Of a stretch of 64,000 nt of DNA, positions 13,817 to 28,663 are shown one piece after another. Origin of the DNA: Eledone cirrhosa (Eukaryota); contig OZ024745.1 in assembly GCA_964016885.1 (NCBI GenBank), forward strand, positions 127,906,001 to 127,970,000, in the 5' to 3' direction. Position 1 is the first letter of the stretch. Each line of letters starts with the position of its first letter. The position numbers and the translations under genes were made by a program. The notes beneath the pieces were generated by a model. It made no database searches. It saw only the letters and a list, made by a program, of their open reading frames with translations, and was not told the origin of the DNA.

Positions 13817-14176
13817 GTGGATTGGCAGCATCGGTAGAGGGTCTGACGCCATTCTTTATGGTCTGAGCTCAAATCCCGCCGAGTTTAACTTTGCCTTTCA
13901 TCCTTACGGGGTCGATAAAATAAAGTACCAGTAATACACTGGGATAATTGCTCGCCTTGTGCCAAAAGTAGAAACAATTATTATTATTTATTTTATGGTG
14001 GTAGATTGGCAGTATCGGATACCATGCTTTGACGCATAGAGTTATGGCCCTTGCCATTCTGAGTTCAAATCCCGCCGAGGTTAACTTTGCCTTTCATCCT
14101 TACGGGGTCGATAAAATAAAGTACCAGTAATGCACTGGGATAGTTGCTGGCCTTGTGCTAAAAGTAGAAACAATTA
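13817..14176 (+). mobile_element. Two tandem SINE family 1 copies (13817-13980, 13997-14176)
   Basis: Both carry B box, core and agaaacaatta tail. Confidence 0.9.
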
Positions 14177-14289
14177 TTAACATTATTATTTTTTTTTGGG
14201 GGGGGGGATTATAGCGCTTTTGGTCCAACATTTTGACTTATCCCCATGAAGGGTGTTATTACACACTTCGAGTAGTGCATCAACTAAGG

Positions 14290-14860
14290 CTTCAGTTTTC
14301 TGAACATCAAGTGTAATGCCATCGAGTTCTGCTTCTGTTTTTGAATGTCTTCATTGTCATCAAGTGTTCATCTTTTATGAAATCGTCAGTAATGATTGGT
14401 AACGTACTGTCAACTATTCGTGTGATATTTTGTTCTCGTATAGCACGTGGTTGACCAAAAAGATTTTGGAAGTCAGATTTGTAATAGAGGAACAAATTTC
14501 TTCAAATGGCTCTCCCGTATAAATTTCTGATATTGTCACTCTGAATTTTATGAAAATCTGTAAGAATAATATTTAATTTTGGTGAAGTATTCCACGTTGA
14601 AACAAATATGGTTATCAACATTAGAGAACGTAGCGCATATTGCATCTCCCAGAAAAGTTAAGAGTATGATATCATCTACATATCATGAGAAGACACAAAC
14701 GTAGCAGGTTTTGAGCAGCCTGCGCACAAGCTGTTCCAGAAAAGCGAGTAAGTAGGCTTACTGGACCCCAATGGAAAATCTGATTAAAGAACACTTTGTA
14801 TGTGATTTCTATAATGTTGAGTAAAGTCAGTGGATGTCTGAGGGAATGTGTTTTCTAGAG
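14290..14860 (-). pseudogene. Highly decayed RT fragment, possibly Penelope-type
   Basis: YVDDI at 14682-14668 followed by NVDNHICFNVE; many stops. Confidence 0.4.
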
Positions 14861-14874
14861 TTAGGTAGAATTGT

Positions 14875-15013
14875 TTACACAACAGTTAGTTGACCATACC
14901 GAGAAAAATTGTTTCACCTTAGCGGATCCTCAGCTCGTAATCACGGGTTACGAGCTGGGGATCCGCTAAGGTGAAACAATTGTTCTCGGTATGGTGAAGT
15001 AACTGTTGTGTAA
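14875..15013. repeat. 66-bp-arm hairpin containing a hammerhead 3' half (GAAA CAAUUG UU)
   Basis: Arms 14875-14940 / 14948-15013; no CUGANGA core present. Confidence 0.85.
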
Positions 15014-15075
15014 CCACTTCTATATATATATATATATTTCCAGGGGTACTTAGTACTTGTGGGGATATTAATCTC

Positions 15076-15135
<60 letters not shown>

Positions 15136-15292
15136 AAATTAAAATAAATCAAAATGAATTTAATCTAAATCAAAATTATGGGTGTCATGCCAGAAAGGCA
15201 TGCGCCTTATCACCCGCAAAATAAGCTCTAAGATTCTAATGAATAGGTCCGAGCATTTTATATACCTATACATTTGTTCCGAAAGTACTGCA

Positions 15293-15382
15293 TGTGTCCG
15301 AAGAACCTGCAGATGTAGAGTCAGACAGATCCATACAATGATCGTGTCTCGAGCTATCTGCCGGCGAAACAATTGTAACACA
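15293..15382 (+). ncRNA. Type I hammerhead, family A (CCGAAGA core, long stem II)
   Basis: ugugu CCGAAGA accugcagau..aucugccggc GAAA CAAUUG UA acaca; homologue at 44547-44636. Confidence 0.75.
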
Positions 15383-15451
15383 CAATAAACTCAGTCCAGA
15401 TGCATCATTGATTTTTCGTTTTACATTATATATATATATATATATATACTT

Positions 15452-15538
15452 AGTCCGAAGAGCTTTTGATTCCAGAGTCGAGCCAAATAGATACAGATCT
15501 AGCCTTGAGCTGATCAATCGCGAAACGTGCGTCAAACC
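15452..15538 (+). ncRNA. Type I hammerhead-like motif, family B
   Basis: CCGAAGA GCuuuugauu..gaucaaucGC GAAA CGUGCG UC; stem I weak. Confidence 0.6.
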
Positions 15539-15744
15539 TCAATAAATTTAATGAAGATCTAACACCTCGTCCTTTTCATTATTTTTTATATATACGTATA
15601 TATGCATATACATGTTTATATACATATGTGTCTCCAAAATGACTGACTGAATACGCACGGGTTTTCTCCTTTTTTTTTGTCATTTTAATCGTGCCTTCCT
15701 CTTCTCAGTCATTAACTTTCTATTTTATCTTCTATTTCTTACTA

Positions 15745-15785
15745 TATTTTCTGATGAAAGTCTAGTGTCCGAAACGTTAAGATTC
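15745..15785 (+). ncRNA. Minimal hammerhead motif, same family as 11054-11089
   Basis: uuuu CUGAUGA aagucuagugucc GAAA CG UU aaga; stem II mutated. Confidence 0.65.
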
Positions 15786-16876
15786 TTTTCCAACTATATA
15801 TTTCTTTTCCAACGATATATTTCTTCAATGTATCGTATCGTTTGCTTTATTATTTCTGTTTACTTATTACACACACACAAACACACATATATAATATGTA
15901 TACATACATGCGTACGTACGTACATACATACATACTTACACACATACATACATACATACATACATGTATATAATCCTATTTGTTGGAGTAGAAAGAGAGT
16001 ATATGAACATTAACCAGTATATTTAAAATATACAAAGTAGTAATGGTGATGATGATGATGATGATGATCAGGAGGAGAAGGAGCAGGAGGCGAATGGGGA
16101 GGAGGAGGAAGAGAAGGCGGCATATGTGGAAAATGATTAATATTTTGAGTATAATGGTAAAATAAGTTCAGTCTCTGGAGGCTGGACAGTATACTAATTA
16201 TAGTTAATACCAACAGCCCAAGAATACTCGCAGTATTTCAGCCCTCATCTCTCCCCCATCATCACCATAGCCCCCACCATCCCGAAAATCCTAATGTCCT
16301 CAAACATCGACACAACTACTCACCTCTCTCTATATTACAACTCCCCGTTATATATAAGGCTTCATGTCGTGTAATTACGCTTAGTCGTTGACAAATAGAC
16401 AGAAAAGTAAAAACAAATAAATGAATGAATAATCTATCATATAAATATGGTTCGCATACATTCGTATCGATGTGTTCACACATTGCCACAGACATATACA
16501 AACATACACATACAGCAGACAAGAGCATATACACATATACACACGCACATACACACAAACAAATCATACAAAGCATGCACGCATTATACATATACGCAAA
16601 TACAATCGAACAAACGTGGCAATTTCTTTACTGTAGCTAGATATAGCAGCTAAATATGTCTGAAATAGCAGCTAAATATCTCTCAAATTATATCCTAATC
16701 TATATATAAATGTCTGCGATTCTGCCACAACACGTAAAGAAAGAGGAGTAGTTTCACTGCCTCATACTACTCCTCTCTCTTTACGTTGTATGTGTGTGTA
16801 AAAGGAAGGGGATGCGTGTCTGTGTTTGCACGTTTATATACTCATACATATAAATGTATGCATATGCACATATACA

Positions 16877-17000
16877 CCTGGCTGATTGGTAAGAGAATTA
16901 GATTCGCAATCGTGAGGATGTGAGTTCGATTCCTGGACCGGGTGACGCGTTATGTTCTTGAGCAAGACAGTTTATTTCACGTTGCTCATTCCACCTGGAG
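16877..17000 (+). mobile_element. tRNA-derived SINE family 2 (CORE-like)
   Basis: A box tggctgattgg, B box gagttcgattcc, then cttgagcaagaca.tttatttcacgttgctc as at 62186-62300. Confidence 0.75.
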
Positions 17001-18438
17001 TTGCACCCGATAGATAGTATTAGAAATTGGAAAGACCAACGGAAACATTGTTTCATCGGTCCAATTTGATGAAAGTCGACAGACTGTCTGTATGCACATA
17101 CACATGCGCACCAACATACACATACGCGTCAGCGTATGGAAAAAATCCTAGTATCTTAAAACGAAAGAAACAATGGATAATACATTCCCACTCACACTTT
17201 GTGTTCTAAAATATAAAATATATAGAGTAGGTAAGAGTGACAATACAATGGCTGAATTGGTGATAGTGAATATCATGACGCATCATATTGGAACAAATCA
17301 AATGGAATCTCTTATTGAATTAGAAGCCAAATCTCTCCGAAGCCAGAGCTAACGGTCTTATAAATATTGGATAATATAGATCTAAGTTGTATCTATGGAA
17401 GTAAGATGATCATATTGTCAAGGAGTTCAGCGCAGAATGACTGGATTCTTTTTCGGTTCCCTGCATGGAATCCAGAGCAAATGTCTTCTACCCTGAACTT
17501 GTATCCACGCAAACATCAAATGTGACGTTGGATACAATGAACTCCTTCAGATATACTTAACGTGTTTTCAGGGTAGTTTAAAGCAAGAGTACGTTTAGTG
17601 AAAGATAGTTTTGCAAACATTCGGATCAGATTTTCGATCTGAAAAGGTTAGAGTTATGCGCCGCATTATATAGACATTTTAATGGTTTGTATCTCAATAC
17701 ACTACTGGACTTTAAGGCCCCATATAATATATATAGGCCTTTTCTTTGGAAAAAAAGCAGAAATGAGGAAATCATGGTTAAGAAAACATAATTTATATGT
17801 TTGATTCATCAGGGCTAATTTAGATATTAACACCACTAATACAAGTATGGTAGCCTTCAAGATAGCTTCTTTGATCATAGGTCTACTTGATTAGGGCTGA
17901 ACTGGGATAACAACAACAGCAATAGAATACGGACACACACCATCGTGCTTACGTACAAAGGCGAGCATATATCCATACATAGTACATAGGCGTGTTTTAT
18001 TGTAAACAAACTGAGATGATGTATTGACAAAAGTAATACAGAGAAAAGCAATGAAAATGCATAGACATGTATTGATTGCTTCCTATCTTTAATCTTCTCT
18101 ATTCATTCAGTCACACACAATACAGATATGTACACACTGTTTTATGCACACACAGAGAAACATCCCTTCAGACACTATAATCCATACAGTGACACATTAT
18201 CACAGACATACGCTCAATACACACAAGAAGAGAAATCTACAGACGGAAATACTTAAGTGAGAGAAGAACATTTTCATAAAAGTAAAAAAAAATTAGTTTC
18301 AGTAATCAAAAACAATTATCAAGCCATCGACCATTTATGGAAAAAAGAAGTGCTTGTGTGTGTGTGTGTGTATGAGTGTGTATATATATATATATATACG
18401 TATGTATATGTATGCATATGTATGTGTATATGTATATA

Positions 18439-18500
<62 letters not shown>

Positions 18501-18565
18501 TATATATACATATATATATATATATATGTATATATATGAGAAAAACCACAACCCTCCATCTCAAT

Positions 18566-18607
18566 TCTATTTTTGAAAAGCACAAAAACTGCGAAACCGG
18601 TAAAGGG
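18566..18607 (+). ncRNA. Hammerhead-like motif, family K (UUGAAAA core)
   Basis: UUGAAAA GCA caaaaac UGC GAAA CCGG UA aag; partial copy at 21045-21104. Confidence 0.5.
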
Positions 18608-18667
18608 ACCAAATAAATATATTTAAAAAAAAAAAGACTCCAGTTGCATTTCGATTTCATCTTTTTT

Positions 18668-18752
<85 letters not shown>

Positions 18753-19174
18753 AAAAAATATTAAACAAATAATGAATAAACAATGAGACAGTTCCTTATA
18801 TTAAACAAAAAAAGTTCATTATTTAACGATCGTTTCTAGGATATATATGTGTTAGAATTGGCATGCATATTCAACAGATCTATGTACAAAATTATACAAA
18901 ATTATACAAACTATCAAGATTAAATATACATACCAACACATATATACGCCGTCTTCAGAAATAATATTTAGAAGACGGCGTATATATGTGTTGGTATGTA
19001 TATTTAATCTTGATAGTTTGTATAATTTTGTATAATTTTGTACATAGATCTGTTGAATATGCATGCCAATTCTAACACATATATATCCTAGAAACGATCG
19101 TTAAATAATGAACTTTTTTTGTTTAATATAAGGAACTGTCTCATTGTTTATTCATTATTTGTTTAATATTTTTT
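18753..19174. repeat. Apparently perfect 204-bp-arm palindrome (family E fold-back element, extends to about 19308)
   Basis: Arms 18753-18956 and 18971-19174, 14-nt spacer, (TA)n on both sides. Confidence 0.95.
18819..18964 (-). ncRNA. Type I hammerhead with about 115-nt stem II domain
   Basis: uuauuu CUGAAGA cggcguauauauguguu..aacacauauauauccua GAAA CGAUCG UU aaauaa. Confidence 0.7.
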
Positions 19175-19305
19175 CTTGACTCTGTATACCGTTTATCTTT
19201 CACCGAAAGTGATTTTTCATTGCATCTCTTCTTTCCATGATATCCGGAATACATTGAGTTCTTCATACGGATTGGACACTACCGTAAACTCTTGGTAGAT
19301 TTATC

Positions 19306-19444
<139 letters not shown>

Positions 19445-19566
19445 ATATATATATATGAAAAACAAGGGGAGAAGAATACTGCATGGTTGCACATGGATTA
19501 CATATTATAAAATTAGTCGCTCATCAGTGATTTGCCAACCATCATTGGTATTTCATCGTATTAAAA

Positions 19567-19620
<54 letters not shown>

Positions 19621-19760
19621 CGTTCCGTAATGCTGTAAAACTACTGTTACTCATTCGGATTAAACTCTGAAATGTATTTATCTATCTTACTATCAAATCA
19701 CATTTCAGCTTTAAATTATTCTTTGCCTTATATGACTGTTTTATCAACTCATCTAATCTA

Positions 19761-20458
<698 letters not shown>

Positions 20459-20635
20459 CTAACAAATAGTTATTTGCTCAAAATGGCTGAATACAATAAA
20501 TGTAATTTGAGTTTTTCGAATGTTAATAATAACATTCGATTCGTTTGCAATTATGCAAACAGCCTCTTTTTTAAAGCCATGTCAGTAGAATGACCTCGAA
20601 ATTATTGTACTTGTGGTGGCATGTAAACAGAACAG

Positions 20636-20680
20636 CAGACACTAATGTTTCTGGATGATTACCCTTCATCAGTACAGTAC
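20636..20680 (-). ncRNA. Degenerate minimal hammerhead motif
   Basis: CUGAUGA A GGGU aauc AUCC a GAAA CA UU; stems I and III poor. Confidence 0.4.
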
Positions 20681-21101
20681 ACTGCTTACCTGCCAATTGT
20701 CAGAGCTAGTGAAAATATATGATATTTTCTAAAATATATGTTGACTAAACGGCCTGATTTGTATATTAGAAGACTGGCTGATTTTAAGTAAAAAGAAATT
20801 CAAACACAAACTGGCGCGAAAGCTGATGTGCTTATTCACGTGACTGCATCAACCAACCAAACTTCCTGAGCACCTGCCCCCCCCTTTTTTTAAGGCAAAT
20901 ATAATAAGAACTTTGTAACGCGAACTGGCGCGAAATTTATTATACTTATTCACCAACCAGCCTAATTACTTCTCTAAAAACCTAGCATTTCGAGCCACTT
21001 TTTTCCATATAAAACAAAAGTAACATTCAAACAACAACCAGATGCGAGAAAAACCACTGACCCTCCATCTCAATTCTACTTTGGAAAAGCAGAAGAACTG
21101 C

Positions 21102-21259
<158 letters not shown>

Positions 21260-21624
21260 GTGTATGAATGTGTGTGAATGTATGTGTTATAGTAAGGACA
21301 CGACTTTACTCAAGAATGATATTTCTTGAGGATTTTTCATATTTCCTTATAAGTATTTTTTGTTTGTTGTAAAATAATATCCTCCCTAAGCCATAACAGT
21401 ATTAGTATTTAGATACTTAGACAAGCTCATCTTTAGATTGTGAACATTTGTAATAATGGCGTATTATTTACGGAAACAATACGCCATTATTACAAAATCT
21501 GCCTGATGTACAATATTCCACTAGCACTCCCATAATCATTCGTAAATTATACGACATTGCTACAATCATTCTTATTCTCAAAATGAGCTTGTGAGGGTTT
21601 TCAAACTATATATACTTATCTACA

Positions 21625-21667
<43 letters not shown>

Positions 21668-21672
21668 ATGTA

Positions 21673-21727
<55 letters not shown>

Positions 21728-21729
<2 letters not shown>

Positions 21730-21880
21730 CTGGACTAAATTTAGTCCAGAAATTGCCGTCGAAACGGCTTGAGCTCTGCCGTCGGTGTCATACTTTTTCC
21801 TATTGCCCACTCTACTACCCTAAGTATTGAGTACTCTGGTGCGTTATGGTCCATCTGGTTCCTTACCACATTTCCTTCGT

Positions 21881-21883
<3 letters not shown>
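21728..21883 (+). mobile_element. Family C mini element with very short fold-back
   Basis: ttctggactaaatttagtccagaa palindrome, then the fixed terminus ttccttcgtta(TA)n. Confidence 0.8.
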
Positions 21884-21912
<29 letters not shown>

Positions 21913-22265
21913 CATATATATATGGTGGAGGGGGGGGGGTATGCATGTATATATGTGTATATATGTATGTATATATATGTGCAAATGCCATATTACGTAT
22001 ATACACATGGTTAGCATTCTAGTTTTGTTCGATACACTTCCAAACCATATCTCATTGAGTGAGTAAATGTGAGGAAACGGGTTCGTGGCGATTATTCCAT
22101 ATAACCTCATCAATACACATACACACACACACACAAATATATATATATATGTGTGTGTGTGTGTGCGTGTGTGTGTGCGTGCGTGTGTCTATGTATGTGT
22201 GTGTGTGCGTATGTGTGTGTGTGTTTATGTGCGTTTGTATGTGTGTGTGTGTGTGTGTGTGCGTG

Positions 22266-22297
<32 letters not shown>

Positions 22298-23016
22298 TAT
22301 ATATATATACACATACACATTTATATATATATATATATATACATATATTTATTCAGGTTTGAGGTTCACCACTGTATAGAGCTGGTCTATTCCGTATGGT
22401 CAATCGTAATGCAATAATATAGAGAGTACTCAACGTAAAGCAGTTCAACCGTCTTTGTTTTTGTAGTTGGTGGTGCTATTACGGAGTTAAATATTATTAT
22501 AATGAAATGACAGCCTCCTGTCATTTCATTATAATTATATATACATATATGTAGGCACAGAAATCGGGAGAGAGAGAGAGAAAGAGAGAGAGAGATAGAG
22601 AGAGAGAGATGTAGTCTTAATATATGGCTACATACGAATATATGGCTACATACGAATATTTATGTATTCTTGTCAAATTTCCACACTTACATCGTCCTTA
22701 GTGTATAAGAATTTAAAAGATCGTCTAATGGCTGCTTTAACAACAGATATTTCCTATCCCTGCAGGCATGCACTATTTCTTTGCAACTATTGCCCTTTCT
22801 TTGTATGTTTAGTGTGAACAGAAGTGGTATATTTCTTTCTTTTAATTCTCACGTTTATGTCCAATTGTAGATAGGTGTCTCGGATTTTGTTCGTATCGGT
22901 GGCATTGTTGATTGGAAATACCAAGATGGTCTTATTCTCAAGACCATTAAGACGATCGACCTGTTCTTCAGTGGCAGGCACGGGTATTCATGTATGTATG
23001 TATGTCTGTCTGTATG

Positions 23017-23049
<33 letters not shown>

Positions 23050-23114
23050 ATGTGTGTGTATGTGTGTGTGTGTGCGTGCGTGTATGTGTTTGTGTATATA
23101 TATATATATATATA

Positions 23115-23280
23115 CTGTCATTACTACACCAGAAGTCCTACGAGCTTTTGATTGCAGAGTCGAGCCAGATTGAAACAGATTGAACCTTGAGCTGATCAAT
23201 AGCGAGACGCGCGTCATCCATCAATAAACGTAATGAATGAAGGCTTAACAAATCCTCCTTGTATTATTATTATTATATAC
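23115..23280 (+). mobile_element. Family B element, hammerhead decayed (CCUACGA / GAGA)
   Basis: Homologous to 15449-15590 and to the reverse complement of 44785-44895. Confidence 0.7.
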
Positions 23281-23668
23281 ACTAGCAGAAAAACCACCTT
23301 CTGCTGGCATGTGTAGTGTGCATAATGATATTATATGCAAATATACATGCATGTAGATATGATATGTCAAATAAAATCGTAATTGACAATATGCACATAA
23401 ATTGAAGAGAGACTGTGTTACACTCTCTTCTGTAATCTGTAAAGTAATCCATGATGCATTTTAAAAAGATGATATTATATATAAACTGCATTACGGTGAG
23501 ATGTAATGAAAACTGCATTACGGTGAGATGTAATGAAAATGTAAAAGGAGAAAATTAGCGCCCGTAATATGTACCCTATATAACGATGCAAATATATGAA
23601 CCTAACCGGAAGTATTGAGATTTGAACATTTTAAAGAAGTGAATCACAAAATAAGCAAGCATTATTGC

Positions 23669-23850
23669 ATTGGCAGTATCGGTAGAGGATCGGACACCAT
23701 GCTTTGAAGCATGGAGTTACGGCCCTTGACATTCTGAGATCAAATCCCGTCGAGGTTAACTTTGCCTTTCATCCTTACGGGTTCGATAAAATAAAGTACC
23801 AGTAATGCACTGTGCAAAGCTGGCCTTGTACCAAAAGTAAAAACAATTAT
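23669..23850 (+). mobile_element. SINE family 1
   Basis: Colinear with 377-563. Confidence 0.88.
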
Positions 23851-24259
23851 ATATAAGAATATTTATGTTTAATCAGCAGCTACGAAATATCGTACTAAAA
23901 TTATGTGATATTCATTTTATTTGACCTTGAATAGATGAAGGGAAAAGTTGAGCTCATCGGAATTTGAACTCGGGGAACAGAAAGCCGAAATGAATACTAC
24001 AGAGTATTCTATATGACGTTCTCACGATTCTACCAATTTGCTGCTGAGAACTCGTATGGCTCTTCCAGCGTATCTCCCTTACCATCCTCCGGGGAAACGC
24101 CTTCTCCATTCTGTCTGCCGGGGCTGTGAGGAGACCCCATATGCTCCACCATACAGAGAGATGGGGAGGGCGAAAGAGATGGAGGCGATGACAGTGGGAG
24201 TTCAGCTCTTCCACGTTCGGACCATATCCTTGTTGTTATATATATTTATTATTTCTCAT

Positions 24260-24440
24260 TGTCAGTATCGGTAGAAGGTCGGACGCCATGCTTTGCAGCA
24301 AAGAGTTACGGCCCTTTATGATCTGAGTTCAAATCCCGCCGAGGTTAACTTTGCCTTTCATCCTTACGGGGTCGATAAAATAAAGTACCAGTAATACACT
24401 GGAATAATTGCTGGCCTTGTGCCAAAAGTAGAAACAATTA
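24260..24440 (+). mobile_element. SINE family 1
   Basis: Colinear with 377-563. Confidence 0.9.
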
Positions 24441-24745
24441 TTTCTCATATAAATACAACAGTCAAAATATTGTGCGTTGTGATTCCAACAACCAAGATGG
24501 AGAAGCTTGAGAGAAATCGTGACAAAAAGTAAATGGGATGAACACGAAATGGAGATGAGTATGAAGAAGACAAAGAAGATAAAGATAGATGATAATAGTA
24601 ATTAGTTGAGGTAAATGAAGATGAAATATACAGAGAAGTGGATTATACTGATGATGAGGAAGATGATGGTGATGATTGTGGTGGTGGTTGTTGTAACGGT
24701 GGCAACGTTGTTTATAATGTAGGTCGTTTCTGATTTAGGTGCCGA

Positions 24746-24805
<60 letters not shown>

Positions 24806-25168
24806 CAGTAGTAGTAGTAGTAGTAGTAGTAGTAGCAATAGTAGTAGTAGCATAGTAGTATTAGTATTAGTAGCAATAGTAGTAGTAGTAGCAGCTGTAG
24901 TAGCAGCAGTAGCAGCAGCAGTAGTAGCAGCAATAGCAGCAGCAGCAGTAGTAGCAGTAGCAGCAGTAGTAATAGTAGTAGTAGTAGCAGTAGTAGCAAT
25001 AGTAGTAGTAGCAATAGTAGTAGTAGTATTAGTATTAGTAGCAATAGTAGTAGTAGTAGCAGCTGTAGCAGCAGCAGTAGCAGCAGCAGTAGTAGTAGCA
25101 GCAATAGCAGCAGCAGCAGTAGTAGCAGTAGCAGCAGTAGTAGTAGTAGTAGTAGTAGTAGCAGTAGT
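24746..25168. repeat. (TAG)n/(CAG)n trinucleotide tract with internal higher-order duplication
   Basis: Variant markers tattagtattag and cagctgtag each recur about 171 bp apart. Confidence 0.9.
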
Positions 25169-25719
25169 GTGATGAAAGAAGGCCCTGTGGTTATTCCAAA
25201 TATAGCTCTATGGAATGTCTCAATGCTTATGTTTCTGTCGCCATGCTGCGAGCGTGCAATTAATGCACAATATGTGTAAACCTATAAGAATAATTGCAAA
25301 CATGCACATAACAAATAATTAGTTTACACATTTACATATGGAAATATTTGCATAACCTTACAATTATACAGACACAACTCATATATATGAGTGTGTGTAT
25401 GTATGTATATATATATATTAGCCTTTGTGTGTATGTATGTATGTACATATATTAGTATGTATGTATATATATTAGCCTTTGTCAAGGCAGAATTCTAGGA
25501 GAAAGAAAACTCTGATATAACACCTGCAACCCTGATGGTATCCAATGATGTTGACTTGTTCTTCTTTTTGGTAAATATCATCTTGGTTAAGAGAGTGGGA
25601 CTGGCTTTGTGCAGTGCCTTTGCTCACTATAAAAGCTTCACGGCACAGGCATTGCTTTATATCTGGAGATCTCTCTGCACTTGTCGTCACATGGTACCAT
25701 GGGCCCAGCACCGTGTGTC

Positions 25720-25866
25720 AATAATTGTCGCAAGTGTAGTGTTTGTACCAGAGTTTTCAAGTCGCTGGCTGGACTCAAAAGTCACACTCGTTCAGCGTAT
25801 CGGTAGGGGTTCTCCTACATGGACATAAAGTAGTGGCCGTACTCGAAAACGAGTTGGCAACCACCA
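25720..25866 (+). mobile_element. Probable LINE (RTE-like) 3' end with C2H2-like finger
   Basis: 25732-25806 reads KCSVCTRVFKSLAGLKSHTRSAYR*, then a short UTR with a ctcg-aaaa-cgag hairpin, then (TA)n. Confidence 0.5.
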
Positions 25867-26145
25867 TATATATATATATACATATATTTATATGAGCATA
25901 TATGTACATATATATATATGTATATATATATTTATATATATATAATAATACTATTTATAGTTATGTATATAGTATAAACAACTATAAACAGGAAGGTCAG
26001 TAATTTCCTACTACCTTATTACCAGTAAGAGAAATAGCTCAATGTATGAACCTCATTTGTTTTACAGAGCAGGAAAATAAATAAATAAATATTTATTTAT
26101 AATATTAATAATATTTATTTATTTATTTATTTATTTATTTATATG

Positions 26146-26180
<35 letters not shown>

Positions 26181-26324
26181 GAGAAAAAAAACAACTGCAA
26201 TAACAACAAAATTTCAACATTTATAATAATTATAATCATTATTATTTTAGATCTCAATAGAATTATTTGTTTTGGCTAAAAAATGTGATATTTGTAATAT
26301 AAGATAAGTGTATGTAAGTGTTTG

Positions 26325-26449
<125 letters not shown>

Positions 26450-26607
26450 TTACACACACACACACACACACGCACACACACACATATATATATATAATAT
26501 ATGTACAATATATATTCATATGTATATACATATATATGCATACATATATACAATACATCGAATTTCTTCAGTCTCTTTCTCTCTCACTCTCTATCTCTCT
26601 CTCTCTT

Positions 26608-26752
<145 letters not shown>

Positions 26753-27342
26753 GTGTGTGCGCGCGTGTGTGTGTGTGCGTACTACCTGGAGCACCGGCAC
26801 AGTTTATACGAGTAAGATTAAATGTGTAAACAAAGTTGCCATCATATGTTAAATAAATTTATTACGGTGTTGCTGTGAAAATATCCCCTATGGTTAAATC
26901 CTATATCTCACATAAGCCGGAGATAAAGATTGAGTCATCTTATTTCATACTTTTGGTTTCATTAAAACCACCATCGGGACCCAATTAATTTCCCATGAAT
27001 GTCGCCTAGTGAGCATTGCCGTGTGAAAAATGTAATAAAAAAATGTACATACAGAGCAGGTAAGAACTCGTGTAGTTGACATACAAAAATAAGCAAGCAT
27101 GTGCTGATATATACGTCCACTATTGACCTCAAATGGCTGTCTTATCCCTCACACAAACATATCCTAAACATACAAAATTATGCATATATGTATATATGTT
27201 TACTGTCTCTTCCAAACCACGGAAGATGCGAAAACAATCGTATAACATCACATAGACATATGCGTACTTACAAATACAGAGAATCGCCCGAAAGGACGCA
27301 AAAGCAAAAGGAAAACCACATACATAGACATTCAATACACAG

Positions 27343-27390
<48 letters not shown>

Positions 27391-27493
27391 GCACACACGT
27401 GCAAGTGCACGAACACAAACAAAACATACACGCATACTAACTAATAAAGAATGGTTATAGGCACACACAATTCAAAGCATCATCGTCATAAAA

Positions 27494-27548
<55 letters not shown>

Positions 27549-27623
27549 GTCTAATGGTAGCTAAGATGCTTCCATGGGCGGTATATCGGTTGAGCATGCA
27601 TATATATATATATATATATATCC

Positions 27624-27687
<64 letters not shown>

Positions 27688-27707
27688 TTATTAAAATAAC
27701 AGATTAA

Positions 27708-27758
27708 AGTTTAAGCAAAGAATCGCTGCTTTCACCCTTAACGGGATCTTCTGAAACT
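27708..27758 (-). ncRNA. Type I hammerhead, family D (CAGAAGA core)
   Basis: aguuu CAGAAGA uCCC guuaa GGGu GAAA GCA gcgauucuu UGC UU aaacu. Confidence 0.7.
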
Positions 27759-27918
27759 AACAAAGTCAATCTGTAAACGCAGAAGTGAATATTTCAAAAA
27801 ACTATGCAACTGCAGGAAGACAGGAAGACGATACTTTGGTTCATGGAAACGTTCCCTGGCAAAGAACGGGAAAAAACGAATATAATACGATTTTAGTCTT
27901 CAAATTTATTCTTATTAC

Positions 27919-27966
<48 letters not shown>

Positions 27967-28034
27967 ATATATATATATAAAATATTTAAAAAATAATGAA
28001 TAAACAAAGAAACAGTTTCTTATATTAGAATACT

Positions 28035-28091
<57 letters not shown>

Positions 28092-28299
28092 TGCATATGG
28101 GTGCATGTATGTGTAGTTGTATATATATATATATATATACAACTACTAATGCACCCATATGCATATGCACTTACAGATATTATATGTGATGTTATACCCT
28201 CAAACATTGCGGAGCACACACATCCACATACGTGTATATATATATATATATATATAAACACATATGCAAACATCTTCTTCTTCTTCTTCTTCTTCTTCT

Positions 28300-28645
28300 T
28301 GTACTTTATTTTATCGACCCCGTATGGATGAAAGGCAAAGTTAACCTCGCCAGGATTTGAACTCAGAACATAAAGGGCCGTAACTCTATGCTGCAAAGCA
28401 TGGCATCCGACGCTCTACCGATTCTGCCAACTTAACATAATTGGGATTAATAATTGTTTCTCATATAGGCACAAGGCCAGCAATTTTGGCGGAGGGGAAA
28501 GTCGATTAAATGGAACCCCAGTGCATTACTGGTACTTTGTTTTATGGACCCCGTAAGTATGAAAGTCGAACCTAATCTCTACGGGATTTGAACTCAGAGA
28601 GTAAAGAGCCGTAACTCTATACCGCAAAGCATAATGTCCGATGCT
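28300..28645 (-). mobile_element. Two SINE family 1 copies (28300-28431 and a diverged 28452-28645)
   Basis: Reverse-complement B box and core in both. Confidence 0.85.
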
Positions 28646-28663
28646 CTTGATATATGATGTTAA

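Noticed and set aside
25732-25806. Exon of a host C2H2 zinc-finger gene
   Set aside because: Single finger lacking the second His and any TGEKP linker, followed by a stop, short UTR and microsatellite; more like a LINE 3' end.
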